64,000 nt of DNA, from the NCBI GenBank assembly GCA_017654855.1, contig CM030332.1, positions 7,130,001 through 7,194,000 on the forward strand. Reading direction: 5' to 3'. This DNA is from Podospora anserina (lineage: Eukaryota). Position 1 is the stretch's first letter, and each line of letters begins with the position of its first letter. The notes under the pieces were generated by a model. That model did no database searches. It had not been told where the DNA came from and was given only the letters and a program-made list of their open reading frames with translations. Positions 37,355 through 49,730 of the stretch are shown here, piece by piece. A program made the translations under genes and the position numbers.

Positions 37355-40300
37355 TTAACGTCTTGGCCCTGGTTTCCGCCTAATAAAGGGGTCGCTCGCT
37401 GGCTTGCGTGCTGGCGGTACCGGTCCCTATTTCATTCATCAGCACTCCCCCTGAACTGGCAGGACACATCTATGACTTACCCTAGATCCGGGCGGGGGTC
37501 CACTAGGCCTCTGACCCTGTCCATTAGGCGGCCCGTTCGGTCTCGGGCCCTGTCCTGGTCCCGGCACATTCGCCACCTGAGGCTGCTGACCCCATTGCTG
37601 CGGACGTGGAGGTTGAGCCGCAGGTGCCCTCTCCGGGGGCGCCAGGCCCAACACCTCCATAGCTGACGGGTCGATGGGTGGCTTCACCGTGGCTGCTCTC
37701 GGCATGACTGGTGGAGCGGCATTCATATTGTGACGCGCCACATTCGCGTTCTGTTGAATCTAATGGTAGAGTGTCAGTCGTCTGCGTTCTTGATTCTTCG
37801 TTTCGTTCCATGTCGATATTCACCTTTTTGGACGGGCGGCCGTCGTCGTTGCTATCGCGCGCCCGCTTCTTTCCTGTTGATCCAACCGTTGGCTGGATAG
37901 TGGGCGGCATGTCATCACGAGGACCGCTTGGGCGACGATATGGCAGGTTGGCTGGAGGCGCATCAGGCATCTCCACATTAGAAGAAGGCACATCAGGCAT
38001 CTCAACATCTTCGGTTGGGCGTGGGCGAGATGGTGCAGGAGGGGGGGCACCCAGCTGTTTAAAGGCGGCAGCTGGCAACTGCGGACCACGGCTGTCCAGC
38101 ATGGCCAGAATGTTACCGGTGGTGTACCGGTCACGCTCCTTGGCGTCCTCAATGAGCTTATTCCAGTATTCACCCTGCTGAAGCGCCCGGGAGTCGCCCA
38201 AAATCCACAGGGATGACTTGGCACGTGTCAGACCGACGTTCATGCGGCGAATATCAGTCATGAAACCGATACCACCAGTCGGGCTGGCACGAACGCAAGA
38301 GAAGATGATGATCTCACACTCACGACCCTGGAACGCATCGGTAGTGTTGAACTCGATCTCCTCTGTAATGCCCTCACCATACTTGTCGGTGAACCTCTGT
38401 CGCAATCTGTGAAGCTGAGCCTTGTAGGGAGTAATGATGCCGATCTTGCCTCTGGCATCGACGTTGCTGTAGTCAGAGCGGAAGCGCTGGTACAGTTTCA
38501 TAGCAACCTTGAGCTCTTCCTCGTTAACCAGGGACTGGTTTTTAGGCCCACGCGATTGCGAACCCTTGACATCAAAGAACCGGTAAGGGCCAAGATAGAC
38601 GCTCTGGTGCCACGGCTGGAGACGCAAGCCTGCCATGTCAGCGCCGTCTTGGAGCAGCCCTTCGTAAAACTCCTTGCTTGGGAACCTGCTGATTTCGGGG
38701 TGCATGCGATACTGCATGTCGAGCAGGTGGACATCTTTGGCGTGGTTCTTTTGCATGCGGACGAACAAGCTCTGGTCGTAGCCGTATCTAGCAGCAGACT
38801 GAGAGAGAACGGTAGGCGGCAGCTGCTTGGGATCACCGACCAGAATGCATTTTGAGCAGCCATACTTGAGCGGAATGAGTGCACTAAGCTCCACACATTG
38901 GGCCGCCTCATCAATGATGACCGTCTCAAACTCGACATTGAGATTCTTGAACATCTCGTGGCCGCTACCGCTCAGTGTGGCACACAAGACCTGAGCTTTG
39001 TCGAGAATTTCTTGCTGAACCTGTCGGCGTTTGATCTCGACCTCACGTTGGAACGTGTTTCCACTGCTCTTGTCGGCCTCGATGCGAGCTCCGATGTGGG
39101 CACGGCGTTTCATCAGGTCGTCGTACTCTCTCTTCAGCTTGTTCATCAACTGATGATCATCGGCAGCTTGAGCAGCATCAAGCTGTGGCCGAAGCTCGGA
39201 GAGTTTGACCTTGATCTCGCCAGCTTCCTTGTGCATTTGCTCGCGGTCGCTGGGTCCACTGCTGTTGATCACCGCTTCCATCCGTGCCTTGACTTGCTCA
39301 TCCAGGGTCACGTCTTTAACACCAGCGTTGATAGCGTCAGTTCGACCGAGACGCAGCACCTCGATCTTGTGGTGGGTTCCGTTCATTGTCTTTACGCCCT
39401 GCTTGAGACGCAAGACCAGCTCATCCACGGCTGCGTTACTGGGGGCACAGACAAGCAGCTTCCTGGCCGGGGCTGTGGTGGGTTTTGCCGTGAGTCCCGG
39501 CCGGGGGATGCTGACGGCACCATTGGAACCCTTGAGAGAGTTCGACAACAGGCAGCCAACCATGGCGACAATGGTTTTAGTCTTGCCCGTACCCGGAGGG
39601 CCCTGTACCAAAGTAAACCCATCATTCTCCTTCGCATTCAAGATGGCCTTTGCTTGCCCAAGATTGAGTTGGTAGTTGTCCATCACCCCTTTGATAGCCT
39701 GATCGCCAAAGTTGAGCATCGGCGACGGCTCAGCCTTGAGAACCTCATCCATCAAGTCATAGTACTGCAAGCTTTCCAGTGCAGCATATTCGCGCTCGAT
39801 TGTGGTCATGTTGGTGATCTTGACCACCGAGAACTCGCTACCCGGAACAAGGGCCTGATGGATTGGATTTCCCCTACCATTCAACCGATAGACAACCTCG
39901 ACGATGTCTTTCTTGTAGGTTGTCTTCCAGATACGAGAAAGACAATGCAACTCCTCCGGTTGGTTCAAGGGATCCTCTCCTCTTGACATCAAAACAATGT
40001 CGCCTTCCGAGAGACCACGGTCTTTGGAAACCGCAGCAGGCACCGAAGCCGTGACCTCGACAAACTTGTCAACCGCCATACGACTCAAAACCTTGATCCC
40101 AAATTGCTTCGAGGTAGTTTCATCCTTGGCCGTCACGAACGACCGCCAGGCTTCATTGATGAGCAGGGGGAAAAACGTTTGCTTGTAGCTGACGGGATCG
40201 TTGTACGTGTTGGAGACTTCCGCACAGCGATACCCATTTGGAGGGTCATTCCCTTCATGAAAAATATCCCATTCAAGAATCGCAAGGTGAAGTGTGTCCA

Positions 40301-43300
40301 TCGGGGGGATCAGACGAGCACGCATATCCTTGGCGGACCGCATGAGCTTGACCTTCTTCACAGGTCCGCGGTTCTTCGCCATCAAGAGCTCAAGACGACG
40401 TTGATCAGCCTCGCTCAAGGTCTTGTTCGCCTTCTTGGCCTTGAGAACAATCACCTCATCATCATCATCCGACTGGTCCTCATCCTCCGAAGACGACCCA
40501 ACCATGATTTCGTCCTTCAACGCCGGGGCATGGTCTTTGCCCTTTGCACCAGCGATGCCTTGCAAACCAGAGCCTTCACCTGCCACAATCTTTGTCGGCG
40601 CACGCAAAGCTCTGGCCTTGGCAATAGCTTCGGCGTCACGCTTGGCCTTCTCGGCCTTCTCCCTAGCTCGTGCCTCCTTGAGAGAGGCCTGCTTTGCAGA
40701 AATAGCGGCTGGACTAAGCACTGTTGGCTGCTTGGGCTTGACAATCTCGGACTTCAGCTGCTCCAGCTTCGACTTGTTCTTGTCATACGTCGGTGTGAGG
40801 CTGAGCAGAGGATCTTTGTAGTCCTTGGAGGTCGCCTTGAAGAAGTCAAGCTTGCTCTGCTTGAGAGCGCGCTCTCTAGCCTCTTTCTCGCCGGGTTTGA
40901 TGCCCATGAACTGCTCCTCGATCACGGCATCCTCTCCGAGAGCCTTGAGTAGTTCAATGCGCTGCTCGTCCGTCAGATTTGTCTTAGTAGGATACTCTGG
41001 CCTGGCGCCATGTGATCGCTTGGCGTCCTTGATCATCTTGCCCAGGTGTAACAAGGTGTTTGGAGGCAGTGCCATGTCCTGCTGCTTCATTCTGGTGATC
41101 AGCTGCTTGACGATCCTGATAATACCAGAGATAAGGTATTGATCACGGAGCTGAAGCATGTCCACCAGCGAGAAAGAATAGAACCGAGGCGGCTCGAGGA
41201 CATCCTTCATGGCGTCTGAGGTCGGGATTCCAGTTTCACTGCTCTCTTGGTGGGTTAGAGCAGAGGCAAGAACACCATCTTGCTCAAACAGCTTGTTGGC
41301 GAGCTCCATGACATCTCGACAAAAGTCCTCCATTACCTTCTTCTCGACCATCTCGTGCCACTTCCTCATCATCCTAAACGAGTGATCGATGGCCCTCCAA
41401 ACACTTCTCCACCAGCTCTTGACGACGGCCCGCTCATCGGCCGTCATGGTCTTGCGTCTCAACTGACCGGACGATGGATCGCAAAGGCCATTCAGTACGA
41501 ACTCACTGCACTGGAGGATGGGGATCATGTGCGTCCAAGGCGCACCTTCACCCTTGTACGCCGAGATGGTTTCAACAGCATTGGTGATAGCTTGCACAAA
41601 CGGCTGGAAATGCCTCTCCACCATCCTTTCAATGGCATCGCTACGAACCATTTCGTCAGTTATGGCCTTGATCAGCTCAAAGCCAGCTTCGCGAATCGCC
41701 TCTTCGCCATGGATGAGCGATGACACGATGGCTTGGATCGTCTTGCCATAATTGGAGCACAGGTTTGCTAGCTCTGACTGCGTAAAGTCGGTCATGCGGT
41801 TCAGGACTTTTCCAATAGCAGCTGTTTGTTGTTGATATCGATTGTTGAATACCTCGTGTTCCTTCTTGAGCTTATCCTTTCGCTTAGGGATGAACTTCTC
41901 GATGGCACGTAGCGGCAGGGTAGCTTGTAGCATAGCTTCTGCCAGTTCGAAATGGCCGAACTGAGAGGGCCAGAGCATCTCAAGAAAAGACTCCCACAGT
42001 TTCCCGGAATCCCTATTCATAATATTTTGGACTGGCCGGCGATCAACTAGGGCCTTCCATTCGATCTCCGTGGCTCGCGCATCAAGGGCCAAAGCTGAGT
42101 GAATAATGGCTATGCCGGCCTTGGAGAGACCGATGTTGTATGTGTCCCCAGGCCTCAGCTTTGCGGCCCCAATGATGACTTCACCATACTGGAGTACTTT
42201 GTTCAGCAGCTGATTGACCGTGATGAGGGATGTCTGTGTGTCGAATGGGTTCTCTGGGTCCAAGAAGCCCTTCAAGCATTCGTGGAGAGCAACCAAGCCC
42301 GAGAGAGTGCAAGTAGCATGTGCTGAGCGGTCGCACGACGGATCCTGCCGAAACGTGCTCAGGAGATGCTGCAAAACAGTGTCGCATGCATCTGAGCGCT
42401 GGATTTGCGGCAGTGAACGAATGAAGGCCATTAGCCAGCCAGCCAATACCGGTACCTTGTCGCCACTGTCACCTCCCGATTCCATCCTCTCGGGCAGAAG
42501 CGAATTGTTCAGGAGCGGACGAAAGCCTGGGCTCATGAAGATTTGCTCCACCAAGGTGCTGGGCGAAAGCTGAGCAAACGCAGCCCAAAACGCTTTGGGT
42601 GCCTTTTCCATGAGACCTCGGAGTCCTTGCAAGACCGACAACAGGGCCTCGTCTGAATCCGTCATCAAGTGCTCCAGGGCAAGAAAATAAATATTGGGCG
42701 AGACCTCCATTGCTCGAAGCCAGTTCACAATTTGTTTCTCGCCCAACAGCCGCAGTATCTTCGAAAAGCCCCGCCAGAATCTGGGTATCTTATCTGGAGT
42801 GTTGCCCCCTCTGCTCATCGAAACCCACAGGATTGACTCTGTCAACCAGGGAGATACGGCCCAATCCCACTCGTCCTGCTTCAAGCTTTCGGGTTCTCGC
42901 CGGTCCCAAGCGGCCTCGGCAAAGTCCCTCTTGTACTTTGACTCGGAGAAGAGAAAGGACGTCATCGATGGAAGCAAACCGCCAGGCAGTTTGGCGGGCT
43001 TCTTACGCTGGGTGTTCTCAAAAACATAGTCAAAGTCCTGGATGCGATCCTTGAACGCAAGATACTTCCAACTGCAGAGTGCCTCGAAGAGAGCCAAGAC
43101 TGCCGAGATGCTGTGCTGGACCAACTTCGTTGTTGTCATCGGACCATTCCTTTCAAGTATATCTCTGGCTTCCTTCAGCCCACGGTCGATGCGTCCCCTG
43201 TCGAAATCGTCCAGGTGGGTTTCCATGACACGGATATGCTCAGGGCGCAGGCATCTACAGCACATTAGAACCAACCTTTGGGTACTCAAGTCCGCCTGAT

Positions 43301-43687
43301 AACTACTTACTCGGGGAGGCGTTGCAGAAAGGGTTCCCGTGCTCGGTGCCAGCGTCGTATGCATGAGTCGCACCGTGTAAGGTATGTTTCAACACGCTCC
43401 TTCCAATTAGGAAGCCATGTGCTCGAGCGCTCTGGCGGGAGTCCCATCAGGAGGCTGAGGTTGTATGATATCTGGAGGCGATGCTTGTAGTCCTCGTTTC
43501 GCTTTTTCTTTTCCTCGACGGACACAGCGCCGCCACCAGACTCGTCGGGCTCATCGGGGAAGTCGAGGTTCTCATAGTCGGTGAGATCATCGTCGTTTAA
43601 TTTCGGGCAGCACAGGTGAGCGTCGGGTGGGAAGTCTTCGAAATCATTGTGCCATTCGATGATGGTCTGTTCGAGATTGCCCTCCAT
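37355..43687 (-). CDS. SEN1: Sen1/senataxin SF1 RNA/DNA helicase (about 2052 aa; exons 43687-43311, 43254-37824, 37759-37481, 37426-37355)
   Basis: Large helical N-terminal region; QGPPGTGKT, LVCAPSNAAVDE, VIIDEAAQ, LVGDPKQLPPTV, QYRMHPEIS, IGIITPYKAQ, TTDAFQGRE, RRMNVGLTRAK; introns 43255-43310, 37760-37823, 37427-37480. Confidence 0.95.
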
Positions 43688-44510
43688 GGCTGCGGTTGGC
43701 TCGACGAGCAACGTCGATGTATCGAACGCTGTACCGATGTGGTTTATTGAAGATTAGGTCAGGCCAGACCATCCATCGGCAACCTGGTGCTAATACTGTC
43801 AAGTTGTTGTGGGGGCATGCAGAGAAGAAAACCCCCGGAGAAAACCAGGGATATCCGGTCAGAGTCAAAGAGAGAAAGAACCAGCAGTGGAAGCCACGGT
43901 CAATCTCTCTAGAAATTTTCTGAGGGAAGCAAATCTGTGCAATGCCAGGTTCTTCACGTGATCCTGGGCAGGTAGCAAGCAAAATGCGCCGACCTGCCAA
44001 ATATTTGCAGTGCGTGGGTGGATTTGATTGCAGCTTCTGGATTTCTGGGGCAGTCGCGAACTTTGAGAAGTTGATCCCACAGCAAGCGCGTCGTGCCGTC
44101 TGTGGAGCACTTTAAGTGGGGCAACAATTAGAACCCCTGCAAAAGCTTGAGGCTTGAGTGGGGTGGGTGACCTAGTGGGGTCCTTTGAACTGTCGTGCCT
44201 GTTAACATCACCAACATTTGGTTACTCCGTAGCACTTCATCACTTCATCAGATCGAGCACCTTGGGTTGACTGGATTGATGTATAAATGAATCATTGGCA
44301 AACTATACGCTATCTGGAAGTTTGGGCCCGTCGTTTCTATACTCCCTATAAACCGATATCATCGGCAACCTTTCGCAACTATGAGAAGCGTCAACATGGT
44401 TGAATCAAATGCTCTCTCGCCGTTTGCAAGCTCATGAAAACCACTGTGTTAATGGCAATGCCACAATCACCCCGGACTGCGATTTAAGCGTCATGATCCA
44501 TGTCGTCCTT

Positions 44511-46952
44511 CTAAATCTCATCCTCATCCTCCATATCAACGTCCTGGTCCTCATTCTCTTCCTCGTCAGCATCCTCTCCGTCATCTTCTTCCACACGATC
44601 CATGCCTTCATCCACATTAGCATCCTCCTCCTCTTGATTGAAACCATCCTCACCCTCATCCTCCTCCTCATCATCATCATCCACATTGTCCTCGCCAATC
44701 TTCCCGTTTTCTTCGTCCTCCTCATCTTCATCCTCCTCCTCCTCCTCATTGGCCATCTCCTCTTTGCTGACCTTCCCCTCCTCATTGGCCTTCTCCTCCT
44801 CGTCAGCCATCTGCTCTGGGCCATGCTGCTCCTCATCTTCATCGTCTGTGCCTTCATCTTCAAATTCCTCTCCCTTGACAGCACCCGAATCTTCCGAATC
44901 CTCGTCCTGTTCTGCTTTCTTTCTCATCTTTCTCGGTTTCTTGGGCGCCGGTGGCTTAGCATCGTCTTTGCTTCGATCGAGCAAATGTTCAAGCGGGCAA
45001 TCGGGGGCCCCAAGCCAGTCCTTGGTGCCGGGCTTGGTGTTCTTCCTGCATTTGAAGCAGGTCTGTCCATGACGAATAAATAACTGGTGTAGCCCGTATT
45101 TTAAATGGTCCGGCACCATAAAATCTCCGTGGCGAAAGACATTGTCAGGGTCAGCCTTGACTGGCGTCCAACCAAGCCAGCGACAAAACTTATGAACATG
45201 GGTATCGACAGCAAAGCACGGCATGCGCAGGCAAAAGAGTGAGACGCAGGCGGCTGTCTTGATGCCAATTCCAGGAAAGCTCACAAACTTTTCCATCGCT
45301 TGGTCTTTGGTCATGGCGTGCATGTAGTCGAGCGAAAGAAGATCGGGGGGAGCGCCATCCTTGTCAGTGTTTTCGGCAGTGCCAGCCTGCTTCATGCGCT
45401 CAAGGTTCTCCTCATACACTTTGTCCAGGATTAACTTGATGTGTTGAGCTTTCTTGGGGCCATTGCCAGAGATTCTGATCGAGTTCACCAGAGCTTGGGG
45501 CGATGAAACCCGCACCTTCTCCCAATCAATACTACCCGCACCGCTTCCCTCTGTACGAATCCCAAAGTCTTTCCCCAAATTTCTGATCGCTGCATCAGCC
45601 ATGGCCATCAAAGTATTACCGCTGATGAGTGTGCGTAAAAGAGCGTCAAGGACACAAGGTACCTCACCGCAACCAGCAATTTCCAGAGAGGCTGTGGGGA
45701 TTCTGTCCGGCTGTTTAACCTCCCCGTGCATCTCCGTCAGGATCCTGTGAACCTCTTCGCAGGCCTCGGGGGTGGGGACTCTTCTGTAGGGATATGGGCT
45801 GTAACCGGGCGTCAACCCATAAGGATTGTTTTGGCCACGCTTGACTTGGGTTCTGTAATCGGGATTCAGAATCTGTGAGGCATCCACCACAATCTTCCCC
45901 AGACTTTTGGTGACGAGGTTGTCCTTCAAGGTGGCCCCTTTGAAGATGATGAGCTTTCGAGTAGTCGCAACAATGCTGGTCTTTTCCTCAGCGACTTCCT
46001 CCTTTTTGGTAACAACAACGGTCTGCTCTGGGATCTTTTCCTCGTACTTGACCACTGTTTGGGCGGTGACAGCAGTACGGGAACGAGTAACCCGGCCAAT
46101 GATCTCTTCTTGGTGTGTGACATGCAGGTTCTCGTCAACAGTCTCGGAGTCACCGACAACTGTTTCTGCCTTAGTGATCCTTGAGGCAGTTTCGACAGCT
46201 ACTTCCTGCTTAACATCTACTTCCAGCTGACTGGATGTCTCTGATTTGCTGTCTTCTTTTGAAGGGGCTTTGGCTTTGGTGACACGATAGCCAATGCGTT
46301 TTTGTCTGGCTGCAGTCTTTGGAGCTGCTTTTCTGGGGGCAGCCCTTCTGCCAGTTGCTTTTCTTGGGGCAGCTCTTTCAGACGGAGATTTGGTTGAAGG
46401 CTGAGCACTCGCGGAAGGTGAGGTTGGTGGCGTCAAAACGATCTCGGGATCTGGGACGGCGGGGTGTTCGTCCGTCTGGAGTTGATCTGCCGGATTGTCT
46501 TCAGAAATGGGCTCGGGTTCACTGCCCACTGAAGTCTTCTCGGTCTCATCTAGGGCAACAGCTGAATTCTGCGTGACCAAACCCATACCATGGGGAAGAA
46601 CCCAACCACCTTTGATCGGCTGAGCGGTCTTCTTGGTCCGACGTGTGCGTTTCGCGGGAGTCTTGGTAGCCAACGGTTCAGCCAACGTCGCTTCAAACTT
46701 GCGCTTGGAGGTGGCAATGTCTGGGGGGGTGATAGGCTCAGTCGATGAGGCAGCGGGAGAATGCGCTGGAGACTTTGCAGGCACTGAATTGCTAGGGGGG
46801 GCGAGTTGGTCAAGAAGTGAAACTCCCGCAATCACAGCATTGTCTTCAGCGCCGGTCGGAGTTTCTCCGGTCGTCTGGAGAATTGGAACAAGAGGGCCTT
46901 CGGCCGCTGCCGCAGCTTGGGCAGCTCGTCTTGCTGCCCCGCGAGTCCGCAT
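44511..46952 (-). CDS. HhH-GPD DNA glycosylase/AP lyase, EndoIII/DEMETER-like (813 aa) with a long disordered N-terminus and an acidic C-terminal tail
   Basis: VLDALLRTLISGNT; IDWEKVR..IRISG..KKAQHIKLILDKV; LSLDYMH..FPGIGIKTAACVSLFCLRMPCFAVDTHVHKFCRWLGW (HhH Lys565 and Asp583, 18 residues apart); LHQLFIRHGQTCFKC..CPL. Confidence 0.92.
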   Translation of the reverse strand: MRTRGAARRAAQAAAAAEGPLVPILQTTGETPTGAEDNAVIAGVSLLDQLAPPSNSVPAKSPAHSPAASSTEPITPPDIATSKRKFEATLAEPLATKTPAKRTRRTKKTAQPIKGGWVLPHGMGLVTQNSAVALDETEKTSVGSEPEPISEDNPADQLQTDEHPAVPDPEIVLTPPTSPSASAQPSTKSPSERAAPRKATGRRAAPRKAAPKTAARQKRIGYRVTKAKAPSKEDSKSETSSQLEVDVKQEVAVETASRITKAETVVGDSETVDENLHVTHQEEIIGRVTRSRTAVTAQTVVKYEEKIPEQTVVVTKKEEVAEEKTSIVATTRKLIIFKGATLKDNLVTKSLGKIVVDASQILNPDYRTQVKRGQNNPYGLTPGYSPYPYRRVPTPEACEEVHRILTEMHGEVKQPDRIPTASLEIAGCGEVPCVLDALLRTLISGNTLMAMADAAIRNLGKDFGIRTEGSGAGSIDWEKVRVSSPQALVNSIRISGNGPKKAQHIKLILDKVYEENLERMKQAGTAENTDKDGAPPDLLSLDYMHAMTKDQAMEKFVSFPGIGIKTAACVSLFCLRMPCFAVDTHVHKFCRWLGWTPVKADPDNVFRHGDFMVPDHLKYGLHQLFIRHGQTCFKCRKNTKPGTKDWLGAPDCPLEHLLDRSKDDAKPPAPKKPRKMRKKAEQDEDSEDSGAVKGEEFEDEGTDDEDEEQHGPEQMADEEEKANEEGKVSKEEMANEEEEEDEDEEDEENGKIGEDNVDDDDEEEDEGEDGFNQEEEDANVDEGMDRVEEDDGEDADEEENEDQDVDMEDEDEI

Positions 46953-49730
46953 GGTGATGATGATACGTGAGAGAATTGACAAGTTGTTGCGAAGACTAAG
47001 AGGAGAAGGTCAGCACGAGATCGAGGAGTTTTGCATAAAGTTTTCAACATGTATTGATAGGCTTTTGTGAGACTTGTGTTCGTCGAGATGCCTGGTCGGT
47101 CGGTTTGCCCGATAGAGCTTCGCTGTGCTCGATATTCCCACTCTGGGGTATGTGAGAAGTCTCTGAGGCAAGAGAAAGGGAGGAAGTTTTCACAACCCCT
47201 CCAGGAGTGAGAGAACTCAAGATGTATAGACCGATAAGAAACAGGTCCTGGAAATCCCAGAGCAAATCGGCCGCCCCACCTGCCGTGAGGTGGCTTGCCC
47301 GATAAAGCTTCGTTCTTTCCGTCCGAGACCAATTCACCAGCCAGATTACCGCCGAGACTAGCGGTATTACAGTGCGGCTGATACTGCAGAGTTTTCATTC
47401 AGGAGTGGCTAGGCAGGAGCGATAAGGTACAAAACATCGGACGGACCTGAGTTCTCGGCCAGTTGTTGGTAGAAGCTGGATCTCTATTGTGAATACAGGC
47501 AGGAGCGAGGGCTTCCACAAGATAACAAGATGGAAAGCCCTTCGAAGCACTGAGAATACCCGTCGAAAGCCATGGACGGAATTTGAGCCTGCTTGCCCGG
47601 TGGTGGGAGTATGGTATATAGAAGAGTACTGGTGGTTCAAATGTCTGGAGTAGGGGGCCAATGTGTTGCGTATGTTGGGCCTTGAAGCATGAATCCGGCG
47701 CAGGAAGATGTCATCTAAAGTCTGAATAGTCTTCCTATGACTTGAAAATGGTGTGTAATCAACTTTGTGGTGAATGATCCTTTACTCTCTCTAAAGCACA
47801 CACCAACCCGAGCTGCTGAAGTCACGAGATGGAATGAGACATGCGAGTAGTATGGCAAACAACGGTAAATTGACTTGGTGAATCGATCATGTTATTATTC
47901 TACTCTTTGATGGGAGTCATAATTACTTAATACAACATCGTTTGAACCTGGACAAAATCTGTTAGTCAAATGGCCAACACATAGAAGTGGTACAAAGGTG
48001 TGATTTTGTATGTTGTTGTTCAGCGATGGATATTTTCTCCGCACAAACAGTCTCGGCAGTCAAGGTTTTGTCATATCGTAGAGTCATCAGGCAACAAGGA
48101 AAATGTCATAGAGAGGGTGACTTACTCAAAGATTATTTATATTGTCGCTGTGTGTGACATCGAGTTCCGTGAACTGGGTGAGGATGGGTGAGGATAGCAA
48201 AGAAAGTTGAAGCAATTTTCAAGCTCCAAAATTGCTGCAGGCTGCGAGGGATTATTTTTCTTGGGTGGAGCATGCGGAAAGCCGGGAACAGTTTCCCCGT
48301 GCACTCCACTCAAGCTGAAACAACCCTAACCCATTGGTCTTCCCAGTGACGTAACCAACTAAGTTCTGGATCTGTTGACAAACATCAGCCCCTGAATGCG
48401 ACTATCTTCAAATTCCGCAGCGGCACAAGTTGTGGAACATGGTTTTCCATAGAGTAATGATACTGACCGGCTATCTGAGCTATCTATCTTCTTTCTGTGA
48501 TACACCTTCTCTTTTTCGTGGCTGCCCTGAAGCGGGAAATTGCCCACCCCTTGCCGACGCTCGGACCATATCACGCTGCTCCGACAACCACTTCCACCAC
48601 TTCGACACAGGTGGATGGCTCACCGGTTGTCCTTGTCTGAGACCCTCACTTTACCCTATAATGGAAATATCGACATCTTGTTGATAAAGAGCACAGCAGA
48701 TGGCCATGATCTTTGATTGTCCCAATGAGTTTGATACAGTGGAGGTGGGGGACGCTGCCCATCTCATGGCGGCCGACCCCCTACCGAGCTCTTCCGCAAC
48801 ATCATGGGAATTATGACAGAACGTTCCGTCACAGTGGTGCTCTTACTAGTTCAAATAACCTTGAGCCAGTAGGGTTTCCTTCACGGAGCTATGAAGTTCA
48901 CTATTCAAGCATCCAGGTCCAATTGGCTGAGAGACTCTCCCTATCACTGACCTCTCCAGCTCCAAGTGCCCTACGGACTCAGCAAGTGAGCCGACCCCTG
49001 TTGAGTACTCCGTCGTCGAACCAACCCAGATACAATTCTACGACTTTGCGACTCGAGCACTTCCTGCCTCACCACCCCTCAAAATCACTGACCACTCAGC
49101 TTCGCCCACCAAATCCTCATCTGCGTCCATTTCACCACCGCTCAGCACACTGCCCTGCCAGCAGCCTTGCCTTTTACAAGTCCTTATCTCTGGTAAGAAA
49201 GTTTCTGGCAGATTCGCTTCCTTATCACACAATCTGGAAGTCCAAGCTCCCGCTCTGGATCAGTATCTGTCGAGCAAGCAAATGTGTGAGTGGGCTAGCG
49301 GTTGCCCTTATCCTTCTTGCTCCTTCTTCCCATTCACTTCTTATTGTGCCGCGCCTTTCACTATCAAGTGAATAAGAGATAAGGGCCTTTTTCTTTGCAG
49401 TCAATAGGACCCAACAATTATTTATTGTTTGCTCTCCTCGACCGAAAGCACCGCTATATATTTGCCCTCCCCCCCCCAAAACAAAAGACTTTTAACTAGC
49501 AGCCGATCTTCTCAATTCCTATTTTGAGCTTCCTTCTCTGACAACCAAAAGCAGCTATACGAGCAGATCAAGCATCAGAGCTCCCTTTTTGACTTGTAAG
49601 CTATCGTTTCAAGACTCCGCTTCATTTTCGGCAACCTCAACTGACCCAGCTGAACAGCCGTCATAGACCTTTAGCCGCTTAGAATACTCACTTGTCACAA
49701 TTTTCAAGTTGTTGTTACTCACACAAAAAA

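Noticed and set aside
37524-37823. C-terminus of the 1949-aa SEN1 ORF as given in the track
   Set aside because: Read-through of a canonical intron (37760-37823); splicing gives a more plausible Pro/Gln-rich tail ending DPFIRRKPGPRR at 37355
47000-49700. Short ORFs and an AT-richer patch between the glycosylase and rid, considered as a hidden gene or RIP-degraded transposon
   Set aside because: ORFs lack protein-like features; no obvious TpA excess, terminal repeats or transposase/RT remnants by eye; treated as shared upstream/UTR region
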